The notes under the pieces: generated by a model
Databases searched by the model: none
What the model was told of the DNA's origin: nothing
The model's input: the letters and a program-made list of their open reading frames with translations, nothing else
Translations under genes and position numbers: made by a program
Origin: Nemertoderma westbladi
Taxonomy: Eukaryota; Animalia; Xenacoelomorpha
Assembly: GCA_032718475.1 (NCBI GenBank)
Contig: JAUCBJ010002641.1
Coordinates: 1-64,000 of the forward strand
Length of the DNA: 64,000 nt
Direction of reading: 5' to 3'
In this document: positions 51,801 to 62,662 of the stretch, piece by piece
Numbering within the stretch: the first letter of the stretch is position 1
Layout: every line of letters begins with the position of its first letter

Positions 51801-53770
51801 GTCGAGGTAAGTAAGCAGATAACTGAGGAGTTAGACACAACATTGACCTTATTCTATTGGACGGATGCATCCTTGGTGTTAGTATACATTGCGGCTGACA
51901 ATATTGCACTAAAGACATTTGTGGCCAATAGACGCGCTCAGATCGTTGACTTTTCGACGAAGGAACAATGGAGACATTGTCCAGGAGTGTTAAACCCGGC
52001 CGACATAACTTCGAGAGGTGCAATGCTGGCGGAATTCTGTCAGGAAGAGTCGCAGGAGTTTTGGTTGCATGGACCTGATTTTCTAACGAGGACACAGGAA
52101 CATTGGCCAGAGCGACTAAAGATAGTGACCAATCCGATGCTTGAAGATGCAGAAGTCAAGGTGGAGAAAGTCTCTAAGTCAAAGTCTAAAGCCAAACTCA
52201 AGTCATTGGAGCGGCCTGAAGAGTCATTGGAGCGGCCTGAAGAGTCATTGGAGCGGCCCGGAGACCTGTCAGACCAACAGACTTACGTGACTACTAGGTC
52301 CGGAAGGGTAAGTTATGACGTAAAACCACCCTTACAGACTAAACCAGAGTCACAGTTGGTAAGTGACGGACAGAAAATGACCGACAAAATGGAGTCTTTG
52401 GTTTCCAAACCTGCGGGTTTGGATTCGAAACTTCCATTAATTAGCGGACAACCGTCGCTGGCATTAGAGCCATGTAGTGTTTATGACAAATTACTAAATT
52501 CGTCTGCCTCTTGGCTGACAATTTGTAAAAGAACTGCGTGGTTAAGCCGATACGTTTCGTACCTTTGTTTAAAACATTCGTAACATTTGAGAGAACGAAC
52601 GAGCGCTAATATTGAGCGAATTCAGAAATTGAAACAACCTCTGACAGAGGATGAGATTGATCAAGCGGAATTAAAGCATTTGAAACATTATCAAATGTGT
52701 GCCTTCCCTAAAGAATTCCATCTATTATCGGCTCAACGACCAGTTCTTTATAAACCCCTTAGAAAATGGAGTCCATTAATCCATAAGGGTTTGATTTGTC
52801 ATAGATCGAGAATCCAGACTGTCGACATAAACTCACAGTTTAGGTTCCCAGTGATAATCCCTAGTCACCCAATAGAATTGCAAAGAGCGATTCTATGGGA
52901 TATACATAAGAGGTTACATCACGCGGGAAAGTTACACTGTTTGTCGGCAGCGAGACAGCGATTCATTCTATTGCAGCCAAGCAGGGCAGTCGGCACTATG
53001 TATGACGCCTGTCTGGTTTGCAAGAGAGTGAACGCCAGAGTATTGGAACAGGAGATGGCTGAACTCCTGGAAGCGAGAGTGCAGGCATATGACCCACCCT
53101 TTACGAACACAGGGGTGGACTGTTTTGGTCCGATTGAAGCAAAGAGTGGACGGCTGACCCACAAGCGATGGGGTCTGCTACTGACATGCATGGCTAGTAG
53201 AGCCATACACATTGAGCGTGTGGCAGAAATGTCGACCAAATCTCTGCTCCTGGCCTTAAAGAGATTTATGGCCAGGAGAGGACTAGTAAAGGCGTTCTAC
53301 TCTGACAAGGGTACAAACTTTGTCGGGGGGAATAGCGAGTTGAACGCGGCTCATAAAGCGGCATAGAATAAGGAAATTTCTGCAGCACTTTTGCCGCAAA
53401 GAGTAGAGTGGAGATTTAATACTCCAGAAAGTCCTTGGAGAGGAGGAAGTTGGGAGCGTTTAGTTCGCTTTGTAAAGCAGGCCATTGCTAAGACGTTGCC
53501 TGTATATAAACAACTTACCGATGACGAACTGGTCACAGCTTTCATCGAAATCGAGCATACATTAAACTCGAGGCCGATAGCTATGTTGCCAGATGGTGTT
53601 GCATTAACGCCGAATCATTTGCTAATGCAGAGTCCAGCATTTTTTGTGCCGGCATCAGAACCCATTAGTGCCGACCTATATAGTCGTAAAAGCTGGAAGG
53701 TGACTCAATTAGTAGCGTACACATTCTGGGAATATTGGCGGGAATACTATCTTCAGACACTACTACAGAT
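45826..53770 (+). pseudogene. Element C gag-pol, broken by several stops and frameshifts; integrase C-terminus missing
   Basis: CQYC..H..C, CWAC..GH..C, CMECGRLHHKLLH; MLDTAS; CDIEAMFHQV, YMDD; FSDAS, WTDA, NPADITSRG; GVDCFGP, SDKGTNF, GGSWERL, LTPNHLL. Homology stops after YLQTLLQ. Confidence 0.93.
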
Positions 53771-54086
53771 TGGTGCCAACAGTACAACTAAGGTGCTAAA
53801 GGTTAGTAGCACCAGAGGCGTACACGGACCCCACTCAGTAGTTTGCAGTGAAGTGTGATGTTCGATTATCAAACCTGTGGGTTTGGTATAGTCGAGTATT
53901 GAGGCTATGGTCCTTTCTAACTACTGTAGTTTAGTACGAGTAATGGGAGTAGTTTGGGCATCAAAAAGTGAGTTGGTCACGGCCAGTTTATCTCCAAAGT
54001 TTTTGCGCTATGCATGGGAATAGGTTAGAGGATAGTTAGGAAGAGACGGGATCTAGAGAGTCGAACCTGAACTGCTGGAAGGCAGC

Positions 54087-57000
54087 GTGGGGGGGGGGGG
54101 GGGGGCGGAGTTACCATTCGCGCGACCAGGATGTAAAGATTCTAACGTTTACTACCATGGGAGGTTGGTGATGGAGCTAAATGGGAAATATAAACCCACG
54201 TATGATAAGGAATTACGGAGGGAAAGAATGAGAGCGTTGGGGGACCGTATGGAAGTTTTACGGATAGAGTATCGCACTCGGTATCCCTACGACTTCACTT
54301 TAGACGTATGTGACATTAGTGCAGACCCGGATAAGGAGATCGTGCGGCTGTACCATATGAATATGTATTTACGACATGAAGAACCCCTACCTGCAGTCCG
54401 CGATCAGTTCGACGAAATGCATCTGTACCGGAGGACCCGAGGCGAGGATCAGGAGACGCCGAAAATCTTCAGCGTGTACAAGTTGTTTTGCAAGTGTGGT
54501 GAATGCATGAACAAACAAGACGTGGCGATTCCCGACCGACTAGACGAGCAACATCCAGAACCGATATTAACGCGATGTCAAGCTCACCAGTTCCTTAGAT
54601 ATAACGAGGGAGGTTACCCGATGAGCAACCCGATGATCAGTATCGACTTCAGCGGAAAGCGACCTCCGAGACCCATTACGCCGACCGTTACGACATTAGA
54701 TCCGTATACGGAGATTAAACCCTGTTCGACACCCAGTTTGATAGAGACAGCAGCGGCCATTTCGCTGTACCGAGCCTATAAGGATCTAGAGGCGCGGCGC
54801 GAAGCGGCACGTGACTCGGGTACCAAACCCGCGGGTTTGGAGCTCTCGAGTCCCTGGACTGCGTTTACTTCACCTCACCGAGCGAGAACCCTCACTCCTG
54901 AGCATCAGGACGACATAGACGCGTTGCGGCAGGAGGAGCGAGCGGCGAAGGCGAAAGAGTTATTCGAGAAGAGGATAGCGGAGTACAATAAGACCGCGGA
55001 TAGACATCAAGAGGAGACTAGGAGAGTGACCGGATTTGTTCCACAGGCCGTATCTCAACCCCGACCGGTGTATTATTCTGACGGCAACGAACCTGCGATA
55101 TTAGTAGGTCATCCGGAGTCGCGAGAAGCGATAAGATTCTTGCCGATGGTAAGGATGGCGGATCATTGGAACGTTGACTGTCTACGGGAAGTTTTATGCG
55201 CGAAGTTCTTGCGTGATGTCCCGATGCAGATCACAGATTATGACACATTGGACAAGATTGGAGCTCCGGGGAAGGAGAGCAAATTGTTTGGATGGTTGGA
55301 TAAGTACATCAAAGTATGGGTCGCAGTGGCTACATTCCCAGACAACGAGGAGGTAGACCAGACGTGGCTGAGGAGGAAGGGTTCTTACACCCGATATGAT
55401 GACCACAAGGCTATCGAGCGCATGTGGACCCCATCAGACGAGATTCAGCATCAGTGGAGGAAAACGGAGGAATCACTGCAGGATTGGACGGTGATGTTCT
55501 ATGACAATGAAGGAGGGTCCCATCAGGAATGTTTGACTAGCAAGTGCATTCAAATTCGTGCAGCCGATGGTGTGACTCATGTGTTTATGCGCATGAGGGC
55601 GGATCGAGAGAGACCGGAGCCCATCATAGCGACACAATATCGGAAAGGGAAGGATCCTAGGGAGCAGATTTTGGAGGTATGCAGGCGAGGAGGTATGCAC
55701 GGAGCAGAGCGTATCGACGCCAGGATGCTACCCAAGAAGGTTAGAGAGGCTATTCTCAACTAAGATTACGTCAAGGTGGGATCAGGAGTCCAGAGCGATT
55801 TGGAGAGTGACTTCAATGCCATGACTGATCTGGAAGATAGATTGCCGAGACCGTTTGTCGACACCAAGCTATTGTTGCTATGGGCACAGGATATTGGAAT
55901 TTATAGAGAGTATCCCAACTCTGCAAAGACTGGTATGGGCTTCATAGCACATTTGTTGTATAATTGGGACTTTAAGTTAAAGACGCAGAAGAAATATGAG
56001 GAGGCGTATGGTGAATACAACACGCCACCGGGAGCGGAGTTTAAATCCCACTTCAAGCGGCAAGCGTTAGTGTATTGGAACATTTGCGCGCCACCCCGTG
56101 CGTCGCTACAATATTATTTGGTGCTTGAGTCGAACACGGTAACTTGTTTATTAGCGGATATCGTTGCGCGAGTTTTGAAGCATCATCCATTGGTATTCGG
56201 AGGAGATCAATACGTTCGCTCAAAAGGGGGAATCCAATCCGACGTGATGAAGCGTTTCTTAACCCCGTTCTTTAACCAATCGTTAGAGAATACGTCGATG
56301 GTTAGGAGAGGATTAGCGATATTCGAAGGAGTATATCGACAGAACATCAGAGATTTGGGAGACCGACCATCGATGGAATATCCGACGCCAGAGGCCTTGG
56401 AGAAGTGGTTCGGGAATCAAACCCGCGGGTTTGGTACTCCCTTCCACTCGGAGGCTGATAGACCCGTTAAGGAGGGTTGGCCGGAGACGTTAGTAGAGGT
56501 GTTCGGAGTAGATCTTCCGGTGGAGAAGACATATCCGAAACGAACGCGGGAGGAAATATTGGAGATAGAGGACACGGGCGAGGATGTTTACTTTGTTCCG
56601 GATCGACAACCGCTGACCGGAGAGGACGACATCGTATTAGACATTGGGAAAGAAGGAAGTGCGAAACCGATTGGAGACCTCATATACGAGAGGGCCTGGT
56701 TTCCACAAGCGCGTAGGTGCAAGTTGTGCGGCAGCACAAGGCACAATCAAAAATCTTGCGACGCGGTAGTAGAGGCGGCGCATAAGGTCTGCCGTTGGTG
56801 TAATGAGACCGACCATTCGTTTCACAAGTGCACCGTCTTCATTTCTCAATGCGGATACTGTGGGGTAAAGGGACATCGCAGCGCGAGATGTCAGCTGCGA
56901 GACGATTCCTTCCAAAACCACAGCGCTAACCTACTTCGGGAGATGCTAGATAAGTGGGAGGGTGTGGCCGACTACCACATCCAAGCGCAGATGCGTTGGT

Positions 57001-57758
57001 TACCATTTAAGGCGGGATACGGGTTTTGGGCAGTAGACCCATCTCACGTTGCGTATGAGCCGTATCTACAGTCTTTGCCACAATATCAGGAGCTCATCTT
57101 GACCACTCAAGACCTTCCACAGAACACTGGAGTAATTGTTGTTCGGGAATACTTTAGACAACTAAATATGGATAACAAGTACACTTGGAACTTCGTTGCT
57201 ATTTGCGATCGAATCACGAAGGGTGTATTTTCGGAAACTAGAAAGGTGGTACGCGCGAGAGGAGATTGGCGGATGGCGGCTATACAATACCGCAACGATT
57301 TCTTGTTGACTCATGTACCAGTGGGGTCATTGACCGCTGAGAGGATACAGGAGCAGAGAATCGCAGCGACCACAGCAACAACCGCTGGAGCTCAAGGCTC
57401 GCGGAGAGAACCAGGAGGAGAGGTCCAAGACAAGCGTCAAGTCAAGGACGACCACTACCATTCGATAATTGAGGCTCAGCGATTGCAGCGCAAGGCGCAG
57501 GGTGCGTCGGAGAAGGCGCGCGTGCAATTGCAGAAGGAAGAATTGGCGGAAGCGACCACAGGAGCACGACAATCAGGACGAGGCCGAGGTAGAAGTACCA
57601 GCCAGGAATCCGTCGGGGCTCAGGGAACATCGTCGCCGGTTCCGGGGAGTGACGCCTCACGGACGCCGTCAACAGAGTCGACAAGAGGAAGACTGGTGTA
57701 TCTGGGAAGAGGGCGAAAGAGGGTAGCGAGCCCAAAGAACCCAGGAGCGGGTCGATAA
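54087..57758 (+). CDS. Accessory ORF downstream of pol (558 aa + 660 aa in the same frame, one TAA at 55761-55763); three CCHC zinc knuckles and an RG/basic tail; function unknown
   Basis: CKLCGSTRHNQKSC, CRWCNETDHSFHKC, CGYCGVKGHRSARC; clear homolog at 63331-63981. Start codon uncertain. Confidence 0.8.
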
Positions 57759-58251
57759 TGCATTTATAGCACAGGGCGACAGACTCTAGATATATACATC
57801 ATCGTCGCTCTGATGTATATTGTAGCATTTTAGAAATATCCGACTAGACTCATATACACTAGTTGCGCTGTTTTGAATTTATATTATGAGAGAGGCGAAG
57901 GAAGTGATTGGGGAGACAAACCTGCGGGTTTGGCTTTCTCCTTTCGCTTACCCTAGCAAATTTTTATATTTGATCTTGTATGTAGTAATCATTATGTAAG
58001 AACGAATGAGAAACAATATTTTTGTAAATTTAATTTGTATGTAATAATCGTTCAACAGTGAGAGAGATAATATTTTGTAAATTTAATTTGTATGCAATTC
58101 ATTATGCAATATCTATAGCAATATTTTGTAAATAGTAGGATTTATAGTATCAAGTATTTAGATTATTTGAAAGAAATTTATTTTGTTTGTATACATCACC
58201 TATACTCTTCTACAGTTGGAGGGAAACATTGTATGATTTCCCTTGGAGCGG

Positions 58252-60504
58252 TGTTACGGTATATGGCGCTGTACACATTATTAGCCATTATACAGTATAA
58301 TATATTGGTTCATTATACAGTATAATATATTAGTCCGTTATACTGTATGCAATATTAGTCCGTTATGCAGTATAATTATTTAGATAAGGCATAATAGCGC
58401 AGTGACATTTAGATAAGGAAATTGAAACGCCCATATATTTTGAATTCATCCATTTTGTATAGTATGTAGCCCTACCTATGTAATTTTGTATTAGGATATA
58501 AGTAGATAGTTCCAGGGTAGCAAGTTCAGTTGGACCCTGGATTTCGGGCTTGCTGTTATTAGTCTTGATGGGCTAGCCATCACGGGTTTGGTTTCTTTAT
58601 AATTGCGCTAAATTAACGTTTGTACATCATGTTATTAGTACCGCTAAATTAAGCATCGGCAAAATTACCTTATATGGTGACGTTTTGAGGGTTTGAGAAG
58701 CAATAGGGCTACAATCCGGCTTTCTTATTGGACTAACTGTTTCCAGGTTGGTCTAATGCTAGCGCGGTTTGGAGAGCCAATGAGAGAGCGATTGCATCAC
58801 CCCACTCGGATCACCTATAAATTGGCTGTTTGCCGGTAGAGCTGTACCTACAACACCAACCCCAATTCCTATCTTACCCCATCTCATTATTCTGTGTTAA
58901 GTTTAGGAGTACAATTTGTGCGTATTTTCTGCATTTCTACCTTTTGGTCAATTTTCTTGGAATGATTCGTTAGTGTTATTATTCTTAACTGTGTTTCTCA
59001 ATCAATCCCAATGATTACTGCTAATTACAACCGGAACTATGATTTCTACCTCTTTCTTTAATGGTTCTATGTAATTCATTTTGACGCAATAATCCTACGG
59101 GATTTCTGAGACTGTCAGACTTGTGATTTGCATGCGCCGCTACGGTAGCTATTCAATAAATGGAGGGCTAAGGTGCCAGTAGGCGGTGGGCGCATCGGGG
59201 GGTTAGCGACGAAGGGAGTGCGGAGGATTCAAAGGCGGGCAACGCTGGCGGGGGGTCAACGTTGTGGTCGGGCAATTCGCACTGTAGGTAGAGACCGCTC
59301 GCTGGTACGGTAATTAGGGGGCTGATGATCCAGGTTTTGTCTCTATTTAGTATTAGGGGGGCAGGAATTGGGTTAGTTAGGAAGCCTAGATGTACCCGGG
59401 AGGGGCCTGCATACCCTACAGTAAATTGCGAATTAGTCAATTGCGAATTATTATGTTGCGAATTATATAATTGCGGATTGTATAATTGCAAGTTGTACTA
59501 TTGTGATCTGTGATTGCTGACGCTGATTGGTGTGTTACTGAAGTGTGCCTATGATTACGAATGCTTAGGTAGGCGCCCCTTTTCTCTTTGATTGATTTCT
59601 ATTTCTTAGTTACAACAAATAATTACTGATTAGGTCAAAGTAATACGGCATTTTAGGCTATTACTAGCGAAACCTGTTGTGTAATAAATTAGAATTACGC
59701 ATTCTGGAACTCTTAGTAATTAGTGCGCTGTTACATATTTGTGACTGTAATTGATTAGTAAAATTAAGAATTAGTACGCAGCATAGCGGAGAGTAGCTAA
59801 GGTAATAATTTAGAGTACAGTAACAAATTCACGCTGAGCGGTTATTTGCATTAGCAGGCAATAAGCTAGATCGCAGTAGTCAGTACGCAAGACACTAGTA
59901 GTTTGCTGGCCTAAAGCCAGCTGCAGGCAAATTTAGACCCAGAGCGGTATTACCCACGAAAGACAGTGTACTGTACCAATTTTTTTTGATTATTTTAAAT
60001 ATTCTCGCATTCACACATTCCGTTAGGGAATCCCCAGTATTCGCGATTAGAAAAGACGTAGGCAATAGCGTGCTTCAATAGTAGTAAAATTAGGCGTAAG
60101 AATGCTCTTAGTGCAAAGCCTCTCGCACTCGTCTTAAGTAAGCTTAGGGAGCCGACTCGGGTTTATTGTTTTGGTTATTCCCGCGTGGCTCATAGATTCG
60201 AACAGTTAGCTCTCTATCGAGCGATCGGTAGAGAAAGGAACAAGCGATTTTGCAGGAGCCATGTAAATTTAGTAAAATATATTAGCGGACGGTAGATTAG
60301 CGCCATCCAACGGTAAGTAGTGGTTTTGTATTTAGCAGCCTTACATTTTAGTAATAGCACGCTTCTGATCCCCTTTACTTAACAGTAGAGCAGTCTTTGT
60401 GTCTTATTGGTTAGGCGAGAACTCATTAGGTTGGCAGAGAAGTATAAGGGTATTTGTCTGTTCAACAGTTCTGCTGTCAGTATAGGGGTCGCGCCAGTTT
60501 AACA
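58252..60504 (+). repeat. Element C 3' LTR (2253 bp)
   Basis: PPT upstream; TAACA plus TSD downstream. Confidence 0.88.
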
Positions 60505-61835
60505 TACTCCTCTTTGCCATAAACTAAATATCGTATCTCCTAAATTTACAAACTACGAATAGTAAAACTGCCGTAGATCCTATCTGAGAGTAACCTAAAG
60601 TAGGTAATAACTAGTAGAGCTCTAAGGGTATATATGTTTTAGGGCGTGTGTGTGTGTGTTACGAATAAAACAATTTTGGTGTACTCCATTGTACTAGGTT
60701 TTAGTGAATTTTGACCGAAACAATACCGGGTGCTAGCTACAAAAATAAACTAGTCGCGCTCTGTAGGCTTAATAATTACAAATGACATCAAAGCTCTCTC
60801 CTTCCTATCCACATCTTAACCGGGCAATTACGGTGTTAGTAACTACACCCGCACAAATACCAGATTCTGGTTGTAAGATAAGAAATAGTTGTTAATTGCT
60901 ACTGTACATTAGCTGATCTGTGGTGGTTAGCAGCAATACCTATCAGTACAAGGCTCGGTAGGATATTAATAAAACCTCCCTAGGCCAAGCATGTGCCAGT
61001 AGCAGAAATACTCCTTGACTGATCAAATGACGCGGGCTCAGAGGAGGCGGGGAGGGGGGGGGGTACTAATGTATAAGCTACAAAGTGAACCGGTACTGAA
61101 CTATCAGTACTACAAATCACTAAATTATGGAACATATGCTGTCTGTACCTAAAGTGTACTTGCGTACTGACGAACAGCAATAGTTCATACCTGTAGGGAA
61201 TACAGGTTAATCCAGGGATTTTTAGTACGGGTTCTGCCTGAATATGAGCTATTTGATCCTAAATTTTGCGGCGTTCCAGGACGGCGTCACGCTTACTCTG
61301 ATCTATAGGTCTTACAGCGGGCAAGGGCATCAAACAAAGTCTTACCTTCCTCTGAAACGGGCACTGCATGGCAATGTGGTGTATTTCGAAGGGGGCAAAG
61401 GGGGCGTGCGGGCTAATCTAATGTGGGCGCTTAGCGTGTTGTGGACATCTTCTCCCTGCGTTGCTGACGGCCTGACAGTTTAAGCAGCCATCTCCCAAAC
61501 GTTTGGCTGTCCCAATAGTGGACAAGACAAAATATACATGTTCAAAGTTTACAGTATATTTATTTTTTCATTTACAAAGATTTATCAAAATTTAAGTAAA
61601 TGTAAGTAATAATTGTTAGTGATAGAGTGATAACCGAAGGCAAACCGGCCCTTATATAGCAAATCTGGGACATAGAATTCACTAGAACCTTCCAGGGCAT
61701 TCCAGGGCCTCACATTGGAGCAATAAGATGTTCTATGCCCTATGATTGGCTCAACTCATCATTCCACATGTTGTACGCACCTCATTGGCTTATCTAATCA
61801 ATCAGATCGAAAATAAATAGCCCAATAATGCAAAT

Positions 61836-61908
61836 TTCCTGACTGGGATTCGAACTCATAACCTACCTGTAATGTAACCAACGCCTTAACCATATGACCA
61901 CTGCGCCA
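61836..61908 (-). other. Degenerate tRNA-like sequence (Pol III A/B boxes) inside the LTR of D
   Basis: Minus strand reads TGGCGCAGTGGTCATATGGTTAAGGC...GAGTTCGAATCCC. The acceptor and anticodon stems do not close, so it is not a functional tRNA. Confidence 0.55.
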
Positions 61909-62662
61909 ATAGAGTCACCTATGGATTAATGTGTACCAATATGAATAGGCATATTACGTTACTGCAATTAAATCAAAATACGTCAGATTTTAGAAAGTTT
62001 TTACGTTACACTACAAATGCTACTTAACAGTGAAATAATCCATCACCGCTCTATGAAAACAGTAAGTAAGACTGTTTTCACCAATTGAAATACGAACCAT
62101 TGACTAAAATATCTCTTAGGTCTAATAGTGGGGCCTAAAATACAAAATAATCACTGTCTATCTATTGCATACTTAATATTGCAGGTACGGCGTAAATACT
62201 ATCTATCATACATACATAATACAAAATACAACTTTACTAGTCAAATTTAGTGCATAAAATATAAAAGAGGGCTTTCGGTTATCAAAATAAACAAATTAAA
62301 CAAATTAGAACAAATAATTTCAAACGTTTCAATAATCTCTAATATATTATAAATATACATAATAAACTCATCAAATTAAATCAGTCCAAATATAAACAAC
62401 ATAATGCGCTAATAATTTCCAAATAAGTCTTAAAGTGTCCTCCTGACGAGCTTAAAAGTTCGTCCTACTTGTCTGGATATCTTCTCCTGAGCACTGATTG
62501 CTAACGGTAGGCTCGCAAGCCTTCCTTCTCTATCTCGCTCCTCAAAATCCAACATAAAAACATCCAAATATACAAATATCCAAATATCCAAATATACAAT
62601 AATATTCAAATATCCAAATAAAATGGTAGGCTCGCAAGCCTTCCTTCCTTTACCTCGCTCTC

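Larger units (their letters stand above)
43318..60504 (+). mobile_element. BEL/Pao LTR retrotransposon C, degenerate, with accessory ORF
   Basis: TGTTA...TAACA termini; TSD TACTC (43313-43317, 60505-60509); PPT TTGGAGCGG at 58243-58251; repeats 43318-45391 and 58252-60351. Confidence 0.92.

Noticed and set aside
62441-62465. CTGACGA possible hammerhead ribozyme core
   Set aside because: No downstream GAAA core; it is a simple hairpin.
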